Assembly (NCBI GenBank): GCA_964486045.1
Contig: CAZALK010000006.1
Coordinates: 32,001 to 96,000 of the forward strand
Origin: an uncultured archaeon
GTDB taxonomy: Archaea; Asgardarchaeota; Lokiarchaeia; Sigyniarchaeales; SOKP01
Direction: 5' to 3'
DNA length: 64,000 nt
How positions within the stretch are numbered: the first letter of the stretch is position 1; each line of letters begins with the position of its first letter. Shown here piece by piece: positions 40,490 to 50,851 of this stretch. The notes beneath the pieces are model-generated. The model had not been told where the DNA came from. It did not search any database and saw only the letters and a list, made by a program, of their open reading frames with translations. The translations under genes and the position numbers were made by a program.

Positions 40490-41647
40490 CTATTCTTCAA
40501 ATTCACTTTTTCGACTCTTTTTTTTAACTGATGATTGGTTTTTAACAATATTCAATGTTAATATAATTATTGACCCAATTGCAATAATAATTATAAGGAA
40601 CATAATGATTTCTAAAAACGTCCTATCTATATCTTCGAGCCAAGGATAATTACCTTTATAAATAAGTGTTGTCGTATTGAAGTAATTATTGTAAATAAAT
40701 TGCTCTACAGTTTTTCCCGTAATTTCCAGGCTAATATTAGCAATATTACTTATGTCATCTTGAGTAGTATGATGAAAAGGCCAATTTGGATTATTCCAGA
40801 AATTGATAATCAGATCTGCCGCGGGAATGCCAATGTTTATAAAAGCCCTATGATCATCGACAATTGAGTTTGATATAGGATTTGAAGGAAATTGTCTGGT
40901 AAACCCTAGACTTCTGCCAATAGCAAATATCTCATCTAATAAAGAGGAAGTAGAATATTGTTCGTCTATAAATTGTAAATTAGTTCCCCCTACCATATCA
41001 AACAAAATCATACCATCAATATTTTCTATTTCAGCATTATAATAATTATCAATTTCACTCACGAAAGCAGTAGAACCTTCGACCCAACTCCAACCATTTA
41101 TTCCACCTTGATCTTCTGCATCAAAAAATAAAAACCAAATTTGGTTAGATAAATTTTCTTTTACTTCATAGAAAACCCTAGCAAGTTCTATTAAAACAGC
41201 TGCTCCACTAGCACCATCATTAGCACCAGGGACTGGATCGGATGTTTTTAAAGGATCAGAATCTCGTGTTGCTTTTGCGCGTGAGTCATAATGGGCTGCT
41301 AAAATGATGATATTGCTATTTATTTCATTTAATTTAAATAATACATTCTGATTGTTAGTTGAATGAACTGTAAAGTTGTGTAAGAAGTAAGTGAAATTGG
41401 TATCAATTTCTTTGAATTCAGAGATAAAGTAATTAGCACAATCTGCTCTAGTTTGTGTTCCTGGGATTCGAAAACCAATTTTTACTTGATTCACAATGTG
41501 CGTATAAGCATTATCACCATCAAAATTTAATTCTACATCTTTATTTTGAACTTCTAGGTTACTTTTAGAAAAATAAGGTATATAAAAAGATCCTAACCCT
41601 AAAAATATAAAAATTAATGGGATTAAGAATTTGGCTTCTTTTTTAAC
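40490..41647 (-). CDS. M28-family peptidase / glutaminyl cyclase-like enzyme with N-terminal signal and C-terminal TM; real start lies upstream of the ORF-track GTG at 41494
   Basis: AHYDSR, GANDGASG, FFDAED, DMVG, DDH..F, HT..D. Frame stays open to 41653 and adds a signal peptide and FDGDNAY.HI. Confidence 0.8.
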   Translation of the reverse strand, partial: VKKEAKFLIPLIFIFLGLGSFYIPYFSKSNLEVQNKDVELNFDGDNAYTHIVNQVKIGFRIPGTQTRADCANYFISEFKEIDTNFTYFLHNFTVHSTNNQNVLFKLNEINSNIIILAAHYDSRAKATRDSDPLKTSDPVPGANDGASGAAVLIELARVFYEVKENLSNQIWFLFFDAEDQGGINGWSWVEGSTAFVSEIDNYYNAEIENIDGMILFDMVGGTNLQFIDEQYSTSSLLDEIFAIGRSLGFTRQFPSNPISNSIVDDHRAFINIGIPAADLIINFWNNPNWPFHHTTQDDISNIANISLEITGKTVEQFIYNNYFNTTTLIYKGNYPWLEDIDRTFLEIIMFLIIIIAIGSIIILTLNIVKNQSSVKKKSRKSEFEE

Positions 41648-41749
41648 GAAAATTCACCATAATATAAAGAGCTCTACTTGATCATAGCTAATTTATTTTT
41701 TATCATAAGTCTTATTTTTTGTATAATATTTTATTTATAAAAAAAGGGG

Positions 41750-43789
41750 ATGTTTGTAATGAGTGAAGAAATACTTAAAACTGAATTATTGAAATTACCT
41801 TTTATGGATATTACTCTTGATTTAGAGAAAAGAGTAGCTGATTTACTAGAAAGATTGACTCTACATGAGAAGTTTAGTTTATGTTCCGGTATTCATTCTT
41901 GGTATACACAACCAATAAGTAGATTAGGGATTAAATCATTTGCAATGCATGATGGACCTCATGGGGTACGAGTGGATAATCAAGGTAAAATTAAAACTAC
42001 CTATTTTCCCTCAGCCATATGTAGAGCAGCCACTTGGGATCTTAATTTATCCAAGAAATTTGGAGAAGCAATAGCTCAAGAAATACGGGATGTTGGTGCA
42101 CATATGTTGCTTGCTCCAGGCATAAATATTCAAAGGACTCCAATGTGTGGTCGGACATTTGAATATCAATCAGAAGATCCGTATTTAAATAGAAAATTGG
42201 CTGTTGCTGTTGTAAAAGGAATTCAGAGTCAAAGAATAGCAGCATGTATAAAGCATTTCATCTGTAATAATCAAGAAACAAATCGATTCATAGTTGATTC
42301 AAAAGTGAGTCCAAGAGCTCTCCAAGAGATATATTTCCCTGCTTTTAAAACTGCTGTTCAAGAAGCAGATGCATGGTCAATTATGAGCTGTTACAATAAA
42401 GTAAACGGAATTTATGGCTCTGAACATAAATATCTTCTAAGAAAAATATTAATGAATGAATGGGGATTTAGAGGATTTGTAGTTTCAGATTGGGGTGCTA
42501 CTAGAAGTTCTACTAGCACAGAAAGTTGTGTAAATGCAGGATTATCTCTTGAAATGCCAGTACCAAATAAATATGACGTTTTAAAACTATTGAATGCTTA
42601 TAAAGAAGGGAAATTTACAGAAGAAATATTTAATGATAATGTAAAACGATTGCTAAGAGTAATGTTTCTGGTGGGTCTTTTTGACGATGAAAGCACTTTA
42701 CCAAAGGGAAGTCGAAATACTCCTGAACATCAAACCTTAGCTCGTGAAATCGCCGAAGGGGGGATAGTACTTTTGAAGAATAAGGAAAATATTCTTCCTT
42801 TAGATATGGAAAAAGTCAAAAACCTCGCAGTGATAGGACCAACTGCGAATAAAAGGACATATTTAGGTGGTGGAAGTTCTGCGAATTTTCCGCCCTATGA
42901 AGTTAAACCAATTGAGGGGATAAAAGAAAAGTGTAAAGAAAAATTAAATGTAACTAATTCACCTTCAGAAGCAGACATAACCATAATTTTTGCGGGGTTA
43001 AGGCATAAGAAAGGAATGGATAGGGAAGGTGAAGATAAAATTGATTTTAAATTACCAGAAGATCAAATAACACTTATCATTAACACTGTAAAAGAAAATC
43101 CAAATACTATAGTAGTTCTTACAGGTGGTAGTCCAGTTTCGATGATTGAATGGATTGATAAAGTCCCCGCTGTCGTTCAGGCATGGTATAGTGGAATGGA
43201 AGCCGGAAATGCAATTGCAAATGTTCTTTTTGGTGAGGTAAATCCATCAGGAAAACTTCCAGTAACATTTCCTAGAGTGCTTTCAGATTCACCCGCGCAT
43301 GCTTCTGAGCGCACCTACCCTGGCGATGAGAAGGTTTTTTATGAGGAGGGTATATTTGTAGGATACCGTCATTTTGATACAAAAAACATAGAACCTCTAT
43401 TTCCTTTTGGTTTTGGATTATCTTACACTAATTTCACTTTTGATAATCTTAAGATAAGTCACGATAAAGTGTCGGGCGATGAGGGATTTTATATAACATT
43501 AGATATTACGAATTCTGGTGAGCGGTTTGGATCAGAAGTTGTCCAATTATATATCCAAGATGCTGAGTGTAGTGTAGAAAGACCGCTCAAAGAACTTAAA
43601 GGATTTAAAAAGGTGAAATTAAAACCTAATGAGAAAAAAACTATTAAATTTGAATTAACAAAAGAAGATCTCTCCTTTTTTGATGAAAATAATAATTGCT
43701 GGAAAGCTGAGAAAGGTCAATTTAATATACTCATTGGAAGCTCATCACGAGATATTAGGTTACAAGAAGAGATAGAATACTTAGAGTAA
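41750..43789 (+). CDS. GH3 beta-glucosidase (BglX-like) with Fn3-like C-terminus
   Basis: DGPHGVR, GRTFEY.SEDP, KHF..N.QE, VVSDWG, EG.D, GYR.FD, FPFGFGLSYT. Confidence 0.92.
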   Translation: MFVMSEEILKTELLKLPFMDITLDLEKRVADLLERLTLHEKFSLCSGIHSWYTQPISRLGIKSFAMHDGPHGVRVDNQGKIKTTYFPSAICRAATWDLNLSKKFGEAIAQEIRDVGAHMLLAPGINIQRTPMCGRTFEYQSEDPYLNRKLAVAVVKGIQSQRIAACIKHFICNNQETNRFIVDSKVSPRALQEIYFPAFKTAVQEADAWSIMSCYNKVNGIYGSEHKYLLRKILMNEWGFRGFVVSDWGATRSSTSTESCVNAGLSLEMPVPNKYDVLKLLNAYKEGKFTEEIFNDNVKRLLRVMFLVGLFDDESTLPKGSRNTPEHQTLAREIAEGGIVLLKNKENILPLDMEKVKNLAVIGPTANKRTYLGGGSSANFPPYEVKPIEGIKEKCKEKLNVTNSPSEADITIIFAGLRHKKGMDREGEDKIDFKLPEDQITLIINTVKENPNTIVVLTGGSPVSMIEWIDKVPAVVQAWYSGMEAGNAIANVLFGEVNPSGKLPVTFPRVLSDSPAHASERTYPGDEKVFYEEGIFVGYRHFDTKNIEPLFPFGFGLSYTNFTFDNLKISHDKVSGDEGFYITLDITNSGERFGSEVVQLYIQDAECSVERPLKELKGFKKVKLKPNEKKTIKFELTKEDLSFFDENNNCWKAEKGQFNILIGSSSRDIRLQEEIEYLE

Positions 43790-43803
43790 ATGCTATTTTA
43801 AAA

Positions 43804-45081
43804 ATGATTGTAAAAGAAGATTTAGAAGAAGCAAAGGAAAGAATGAAAGCATGGTGGGACCATGAAACTACTGATAGACCTACAATTGCTTATAATATAC
43901 CAGAAGGCCCGAATTCTGCAAAAGCCCTCTTAGCATCGGGTGCATTAAATTATGATTTAGGTAAGAATTGGGACGGAATTGAGCCGATTCTAGATACACT
44001 CGAAAACAATAGTGATGGTCTAGTTTGGGGTGGTGAATGTATACCTCGATATTTTCCTAATTATGGTCCGTTAGCAATGGCAGCAGTATTAGGTGCAAAT
44101 CCTGAATATAAATCAGGTACTATATGGTTTCATAGAAAGACTGATGTGAAAGATATTGTTAATCTCCTTGAGAATGCTAAATTAAACAATGATAATGAGT
44201 GGTATGTTAGATTAAAGCGTACAACAGAAATTGCTGCTAAACGGGGTGCAAGATATAATTATTGTGTTGCTACAACAGATTTAGGAGGGATACTTGATAT
44301 ACTAGTGTCATTTCTAGGACCTCAAGAAATTATTATTCAAATGAAGAGGAATCCAGAACTAATCGATACTTGTAGAGCGATAATAATGGAAAAATATCTG
44401 AGACTTTATGATGAACTCCAAAATTTGATTAATAAATACGTGGATGGCTATGATACTTGGTTGAATCTTTGGTGCCCAAAGCGATATTATACCATGCAAA
44501 GTGATTTTTGTGTTATGCTTAACCAGAAATATTTCGAGAGATTTGTGCTACCAGACTTAAAAGAGCAGGCAGAGCATATGGAATATTCATTTTACCATTT
44601 AGATGGCCCAGAACAAATAAAATTCCTTGACGATATTTTAAAAGTAGTTGATGGAATTCAATGGGTACCAGGAGCAAAACCTAACATGCCCCAGGATGGT
44701 GCTGATGAATGGATGCCCCTTTATAGGAAAATTCAAAAGGCTGGAAAAAATCTTCACATGACAATTTTGGATTGCCCAGTGGTTCCAAAGGTATACAAAC
44801 AATTAGATCCCAAAGGATTATTTGTGTATTCTGTATTTTTTACAAAGGGATTAGCTGAGTGCTATTTACCGAAATTCATAGGAGGAGATGGTGGAGATCT
44901 TGTTAAAAAAATCTCAGATTGGACAAAAATTAATAATATAGAAAGGGTTACTCGAGCAAGAGTAAAAGAATATACAACTAAAAAGGGTATTCAAATTAGT
45001 AAGTCTCTTCAAGGTCAAATAGTTAGAGAGTTAAAACAGGATAGAGAGACTTTTAATTATATTCGCGGATTTGAGAATTAG
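43804..45081 (+). CDS. Uroporphyrinogen-decarboxylase-superfamily (methyltransferase-like) protein
   Basis: DLGG.LD.L, QSDF, F..FVLP.L, YHLDGP, IQWVPG. Confidence 0.65.
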   Translation: MIVKEDLEEAKERMKAWWDHETTDRPTIAYNIPEGPNSAKALLASGALNYDLGKNWDGIEPILDTLENNSDGLVWGGECIPRYFPNYGPLAMAAVLGANPEYKSGTIWFHRKTDVKDIVNLLENAKLNNDNEWYVRLKRTTEIAAKRGARYNYCVATTDLGGILDILVSFLGPQEIIIQMKRNPELIDTCRAIIMEKYLRLYDELQNLINKYVDGYDTWLNLWCPKRYYTMQSDFCVMLNQKYFERFVLPDLKEQAEHMEYSFYHLDGPEQIKFLDDILKVVDGIQWVPGAKPNMPQDGADEWMPLYRKIQKAGKNLHMTILDCPVVPKVYKQLDPKGLFVYSVFFTKGLAECYLPKFIGGDGGDLVKKISDWTKINNIERVTRARVKEYTTKKGIQISKSLQGQIVRELKQDRETFNYIRGFEN

Positions 45082-45247
45082 TAGATATACTAAAATTAAG
45101 AATAAAAGGATGCATAAATCTCTATAATTATAAATTTTTTATATTAAAGACACTTCTTTTATTTCAATAGAATTATTGATGTTTCAATAAATTTGATATA
45201 GTTGTAATATAAAGTTCCAAATAAAATACATAAATTGATGTATTAAA

Positions 45248-46048
45248 ATGGTAGACCGTTTAAAGGGAAAAATAGCTATTGTAGTTGGGGCAGGACAACA
45301 ACCAGGAGATACTATCGGGAACGGTAGAGCAATGGCAATATCTTTTGCCCGTGAAGGAGCTAAAGTAATGCTTGTTGATAAACATCTTGATTCTGCAAAG
45401 GAAACAAAATCTATGATAGATAAGGAAGGTGGAGAATCTTTTGCTTTTATGGCAGATGTTACTAATGAGGAGGAATGCCAAAGATTAGCAGAAAAATGTG
45501 TTGAAGTCTACGGTAAAATTGATATACTTGTAAATAATGTTGGTATAGGTACAGGAGATAGGAAACTGGTGGATTTGAGTGAAGAAGTATGGGACAAAAT
45601 ATTCGATGTAAACCTTAAGGGAATGTTTTTTGTGTGTAAATATGTATTACCCGTAATGGAAAAACAAGAATGCGGTTCAATAATAAACATTTCTTCTGTT
45701 GCTGCTGTTGCTGCTACCCGTTATGTAGCCTATAAAATTTCAAAATCAGGGGTTAATTCTTTAACTCATCAACTTGCCATGAAGTATGCCAAGAATGGTA
45801 TCCGAGTTAATGCTATCATGCCAGGCTTAATGAATACTCCAATGGCGATTGAAGGAATTTCAAGAGCGGCTGGGATACCAAAGGATGAGCTAATAAAGTT
45901 AAGAAATAACATGGTTCCACTAAAGGGTGGAATGGGAAGTGGATGGGATATAGCGAATGCTGCGCTATTCTTAGCCTCAAATGAAGCGAAATTTATAACG
46001 TCTGTAATACTCCCCGTAGATGGTGGCCAAAGTTCAAAGATCGGCTGA
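45248..46048 (+). CDS. Short-chain dehydrogenase/reductase
   Basis: GAG...IG.GR, NNVG, NISS, YKISK, IRVNAIMPG, VDGG. Confidence 0.92.
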   Translation: MVDRLKGKIAIVVGAGQQPGDTIGNGRAMAISFAREGAKVMLVDKHLDSAKETKSMIDKEGGESFAFMADVTNEEECQRLAEKCVEVYGKIDILVNNVGIGTGDRKLVDLSEEVWDKIFDVNLKGMFFVCKYVLPVMEKQECGSIINISSVAAVAATRYVAYKISKSGVNSLTHQLAMKYAKNGIRVNAIMPGLMNTPMAIEGISRAAGIPKDELIKLRNNMVPLKGGMGSGWDIANAALFLASNEAKFITSVILPVDGGQSSKIG

Positions 46049-46122
46049 ACTTTTAAAGCTATTGCTAAAATATTCATTCAATAATTTATCAATGTTTAAA
46101 AGATAAAAAAAGGATTTTGAGA

Positions 46123-46542
46123 CTACACGGGTTCAAATCCTAAGTCTACTCGGGTTTCACCCGTTAGTTCTGTTTCTATGAAGGTCAATTTTACAGGAGT
46201 ACCAATTGAAATTGATTCTGGTTTACTTTCATCAACACCTATTAACTGCCCTGAAATCATTGGCCCTTCCTCGAGTTCTATGACAGAAAAACAGTATGGT
46301 CTTTTCATAGAATAACCCTTACTTACCATGAAAGTTGTTCCTACCCCAATACACGAAAATGCAGCAAGTTTACCCTTACCAGACATTTCTACCCATTCTA
46401 AATCGGTTGAGTTGCATTTAATACATAATTTCCTTGGAGGTACATAGGTTGCGTTACATTTTTTGCATTTAGAACCCATTAATTTCTTACTATTTACAAA
46501 TTCTAGATAATTTTGAACTGTAATTTCCTTTTCTTCTGACAT
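46123..46542 (-). CDS. DUF35 Zn-ribbon/OB-fold protein (thiolase partner)
   Basis: CKKC...PPRKLCIKC, SGKGKL, ELEEG, IGTPV. Confidence 0.88.
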   Translation of the reverse strand: MSEEKEITVQNYLEFVNSKKLMGSKCKKCNATYVPPRKLCIKCNSTDLEWVEMSGKGKLAAFSCIGVGTTFMVSKGYSMKRPYCFSVIELEEGPMISGQLIGVDESKPESISIGTPVKLTFIETELTGETRVDLGFEPV

Positions 46543-46564
46543 TTTTACATTTCACCTAATGAAT

Positions 46565-47824
46565 TCATTTTTCATAAATCGTTACAACACAAGTAGCTCC
46601 TGATCCTCCTAAGTTATGAGAAAGAGCTCTTTCTACATCAAATTTCACTTGTCGATTTCTTTCTGCAATACCACGCATCTGTTTAAAGATTTCTACCGCC
46701 ATCGCTGCGCCTGTCGCACCTACGGGGTGACCCTTTGATTTAAGACCACCGGATGTGTTTATTGGTAACGAACCATCTCTTTTTGTTTCCCCATTTTTTA
46801 TAGCTTCAGCAGCTTTTCCCTTTTCATAAAAGCCCATATCTTCTAATGCTATCAATTCAGCTATCGTAAAGCAATCATGAACTTCAGCAATTTGCATATC
46901 CTTTGGTCCTAAACCAGCCATTTTATATGCTTGTCGGGCTGCTTCTTTTGCTGCTACAAAACTCATTAAATCATCTCTATCGTGCAGAGACAGAGCTGCA
47001 CTCCCTTGACCTGTTCCAGATATCCAAATTGGTGTATCTGTAAAGTTTTTTGCCACATCTTCAGCAGCCAAAAACACACATGACGCACCATCTGTGACGA
47101 GCGAGCAATCAAAAAGCCTTAACGGGGAGGCAATCATAGGATTAGATGAGCTATTTAAATAGTCCATCTCATCTTTCCAGTCAGGAATATCTTTTCCTTC
47201 AGATTCGAGCTTACTAACTTTCTTAGTCATTAAATCATGAATAGAACTTTGCATCTGAGCATATGGATTTTCCTTACCATTTTCATGATTTTTGATAGAT
47301 ATTCTTTTCAAATCATCATGAGAAGTACCGTATTTATTGAAGTGAGCAGAAGCAATAGCAGCATACAAACCTGGAAATGTTGCTCCAGCAGGATATTCAA
47401 ACAAGTTATCAGACGCAGTAGCTAGAGCATCAGTTACGAGAGTTGTCGAAACTTCATTCATACATTCAACCCCACTTACGACGATTACATCATGTATACC
47501 CGAGGCTATCGCTATAATAGCTTGACGAAATGCTACACCACTACTTGCACATGCTCCCTCCATACGCGGCGCAGGTTTTGGAGATAAGCCAACTAAGTTT
47601 GCCATTTGTGGACCTAGGTGTCCTTGATGATTGAATAGGTCTGAAGAATAATTCCCTACATAACAGGCATCAACATCTTTAGGTTCGATACCATTGTCTA
47701 CTCTATTAACGGCATCTAACCACGCATCAACCCATAAATCTGGATTTCTTTTGACAGGAAATAGTCTACCAAATTTAGACATTCCCGCACCGATAATTCC
47801 GACTTTTCTTGCTAATTTGCCCAT
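46565..47824 (-). CDS. Thiolase, archaeal/SCP2-type
   Basis: EGACASS, EVHDCF, SGGL..KGHPVGATG, HNLGG. Likely ATG at 47824. Confidence 0.9.
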   Translation of the reverse strand: MGKLARKVGIIGAGMSKFGRLFPVKRNPDLWVDAWLDAVNRVDNGIEPKDVDACYVGNYSSDLFNHQGHLGPQMANLVGLSPKPAPRMEGACASSGVAFRQAIIAIASGIHDVIVVSGVECMNEVSTTLVTDALATASDNLFEYPAGATFPGLYAAIASAHFNKYGTSHDDLKRISIKNHENGKENPYAQMQSSIHDLMTKKVSKLESEGKDIPDWKDEMDYLNSSSNPMIASPLRLFDCSLVTDGASCVFLAAEDVAKNFTDTPIWISGTGQGSAALSLHDRDDLMSFVAAKEAARQAYKMAGLGPKDMQIAEVHDCFTIAELIALEDMGFYEKGKAAEAIKNGETKRDGSLPINTSGGLKSKGHPVGATGAAMAVEIFKQMRGIAERNRQVKFDVERALSHNLGGSGATCVVTIYEK

Positions 47825-48030
47825 AATTTCACCATTCTTTGTTTTAAATTTTAATAATTTTGAAATCAAAAAATTGAATAATCTAAGAATTAAATTTGTT
47901 ATTATTTAATTTGACAATTTTATTTCCAATCTTTATAATAGTTTCAGAAGGTTCAGACATTATATCCTATATTTCATGAGATTATTCAAATCATAATCGA
48001 CAAGTAGAGAAGTAAAAAAAAAGTAGAAAA

Positions 48031-49068
48031 CTACAATTGAAAAATACCCTCATTTTTATTGCTATTATAGTATATGTCGATCAGCATTAAATGTGACCCT
48101 AGGATGACTCCAAACACTGTATCTGTGCCAGATGTACTACCCAAATCCAAGATATTTCTAACAGAATTCTCTAACTCTCTTTGTCTTGAAGTCAACAAGT
48201 TCTCCATAAGAGAGGCGACAGCTTCATTTACTTTTCCAACTGAAGCTTCTCTTAAGAATTCTTCGCTTATAATTGTAGTTCTCCCTGAAATGATTGATAT
48301 AATATCCTTATTGATTTTCTTGACATCAATACTCGTTTTATTAAAGTTTTCTGAAATATACAACATACTAATCATTAACCCGAGAAGCATATCATCAGCA
48401 GCAGGAGTTAGTCCTGGACCCAATCCTACAAGATGTTTGGTAATTCGTATTATGTCGTGGGAATAACCAGATTTAATTGCCTTGAGCATTGATGAAATAT
48501 GAGGTAACGCCAAATGAGAAACAGAACCTAATTTTTCAGTTTTTGAATCTTTAAGACCGTTAATGTGGGTGAAAGGAATTAGTTCACCTAAACCACTGAG
48601 GTGATCAGAAGTAAGGGCAATATCTCTCATAATCTCTATGTTTGCCATAATTGTCTTAAGGGGTTGCAGACTAGCTTGAAATTTTCTCTTTGGCTCCCAT
48701 AATTCAGTCCACTGGGTTGATATCACAATAACATTCTCACCTATAACTATCGACTCACCGACTCGTGCTACGCTGTCACCCCTCTTTATCCCGATTTTTG
48801 ACAGATTGATATGATTAGGAATGTCCACAAGTATATTCAATGACCCTTGTCCTATCTCTTTTCCAACCAAAATGATCAATCGGTTCTCCATCACGGTGAT
48901 GTTGATTACACGTTGGAATATACTATGTATCAGACCAATTTTGCCTTGTCTTTGAATCCTGTCATTTGCAGATAGGCCTATTGATTGAGCATTCAAGTAC
49001 AATGATTTAGCATGACGACCTGAACGATAATAGGGCGCCTCCGAATCAGTCATGTTGGATTTCCTCAT
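48031..49068 (-). CDS. DUF2877 / YlbF(AllH)-like oxamate carbamoyltransferase subunit
   Basis: HSIF...IN, LVGLGPGLTPAADD.L.G, TT..S...L, G.TSG.D...G. Confidence 0.8.
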   Translation of the reverse strand: MRKSNMTDSEAPYYRSGRHAKSLYLNAQSIGLSANDRIQRQGKIGLIHSIFQRVINITVMENRLIILVGKEIGQGSLNILVDIPNHINLSKIGIKRGDSVARVGESIVIGENVIVISTQWTELWEPKRKFQASLQPLKTIMANIEIMRDIALTSDHLSGLGELIPFTHINGLKDSKTEKLGSVSHLALPHISSMLKAIKSGYSHDIIRITKHLVGLGPGLTPAADDMLLGLMISMLYISENFNKTSIDVKKINKDIISIISGRTTIISEEFLREASVGKVNEAVASLMENLLTSRQRELENSVRNILDLGSTSGTDTVFGVILGSHLMLIDIYYNSNKNEGIFQL

Positions 49069-49138
49069 CTAATCTCAGTCCTTAAAAATATTAACAAGGT
49101 TCCCCCCATACCATGATCAAGATTTTCATCAGTGGACC

Positions 49139-50743
49139 CTATACAACACCAGTCATCATCCGACCAATTTCACTGATCTTTGCATCAGCAGCAGGAACTA
49201 TCCCTACAATTTTACCCTCATATATGACTGCGATGCGATCACTCAGGGTCATAATTCTTTCTAAGTCCTCAGAGATGAGTAAAATGGCCACTTGTCTTTC
49301 TCTCTCCTCCAAAATTTTTTTAGATATGAATTCTGTTGCTCCAACGTCTAATCCAGCTGTAGGCTGAGCGATAATAAGCAATTTTGGATTTCTAGAGAGA
49401 ATTTTTGCTAAGAGAACTTTCTGGAGGTTACCACCTGACAGGTTTCTTACTGGAACATTAGGACTTGGTGTGTCAATATCATATTCTTGGATAATTTTTT
49501 CTGCATACTTTCGGATTTCGTCTTCATTCAAGAACCATCGATGTGAGAATGGAGTCTTAGTATGGGACTCTAGAATCAAGTTTTTCGCGATGGAAAAGTT
49601 TATCAGAAGACCAGTACCTGCCCGATCCTCAGGGATGTCCCCTATACCTAATTCTATTAATTTCTTTGGGGTGTAATTGGTTACATCTTGCTCCAAAAAG
49701 CGAATCGTGCCATCTGTAGATGGTCTCATACCAGAGAGTACATCTGCGAGCTCCTTTTGACCATTTCCTGAGACTCCTGCAAATCCCAATATCTCACCCT
49801 CGTGAATTGAAAAAGAAATACCCTTGAGGGCTTCTTGACCTTTGTCATTCATGGTTTTAAGACCCTGAACATCAAGAACAACCTTACCAGGCTTGACATC
49901 AATCCTCTCCTGTCCTAAATGGATCTCTCTTCCGACCATTTTTAGCGAAAGATCCTGAGGGTTAGTTAGTTTGGTCTCAACAGTCTCAACAAAACGCCCA
50001 TGTCTAAGAACTGTGACACGGTCACTTATAGCAAACACTTCGGGTAATTTATGAGTTATAATAACAACAGTCAACCCTTCTTTCACCATGGATTTCAGAG
50101 CGTCAAAAAAATCGTCAATTTCCAAAGGAGTGAGAACTGAGGTCGGTTCATCGAGAATAAGTATCCGTGCACCACGGTACAGAGCTTTTATTATCTCAAC
50201 TCGTTGACGAATACCCATTGGGAGTTGTTCTACCTTTGCTTTGGGGTCAACCTCTAGATTGTAGGTCTTTGAGAGCTCGATTATTTGCTTCTCGGCTTCA
50301 GAGAGATTCAAAAGAGGTCCTTTGGAGGATTTAACCCCCAGAATAATATTCTCAGCAACGGTCATTACCGGTATTAGTGTGAAGTGCTGGTGAACCATTC
50401 CAATTCCAATTGCAATGGCGTCCTTTGGCGATCTTAAGTGAACCGGGACTCCTTGAATTTTAATTTCACCTGAATCTAATCGATAGAGTCCGTATAAGAT
50501 ATTCATCAAGGTTGTTTTGCCTGCACCGTTTTCTCCAAGCAAAGCATGGATTTCACACGCTTTCAGCTCAAAATTAATAGTATCATTAGCTAATACACCC
50601 GGGAATCGCTTTGTGATCCCCTGCATCTCTACTACTAATTCACCCGGTTCAAGTTGCTTAATTTTAGATGTTTTGATGTAATCGCTTCTTTTCCTTATCT
50701 TTTTTTTCTTAACTTTCCCTAACTCTATTTCCTTAACCTTCAT
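49139..50743 (-). CDS. Nucleoside/sugar ABC transporter ATP-binding protein (double ABC domain)
   Basis: GENGAGKTT, MVHQHF, LDEPT, LSGGNLQK, QPT.GLDVGA. Confidence 0.92.
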   Translation of the reverse strand: MKVKEIELGKVKKKKIRKRSDYIKTSKIKQLEPGELVVEMQGITKRFPGVLANDTINFELKACEIHALLGENGAGKTTLMNILYGLYRLDSGEIKIQGVPVHLRSPKDAIAIGIGMVHQHFTLIPVMTVAENIILGVKSSKGPLLNLSEAEKQIIELSKTYNLEVDPKAKVEQLPMGIRQRVEIIKALYRGARILILDEPTSVLTPLEIDDFFDALKSMVKEGLTVVIITHKLPEVFAISDRVTVLRHGRFVETVETKLTNPQDLSLKMVGREIHLGQERIDVKPGKVVLDVQGLKTMNDKGQEALKGISFSIHEGEILGFAGVSGNGQKELADVLSGMRPSTDGTIRFLEQDVTNYTPKKLIELGIGDIPEDRAGTGLLINFSIAKNLILESHTKTPFSHRWFLNEDEIRKYAEKIIQEYDIDTPSPNVPVRNLSGGNLQKVLLAKILSRNPKLLIIAQPTAGLDVGATEFISKKILEERERQVAILLISEDLERIMTLSDRIAVIYEGKIVGIVPAADAKISEIGRMMTGVV

Positions 50744-50851
50744 TTTTCTTAATTGTTTATGCTTATTTTATTTAAAATTTTGAGAAAAAATCTCGAAACA
50801 ACAGTTTTTATTCGAGTCATTTTTTGTGTCATGAATATTCACTTTAATTTT

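Noticed and set aside
46123-47824. Thiolase + DUF35 pair as a novelty
   Set aside because: This is a well-known and common archaeal gene pair.
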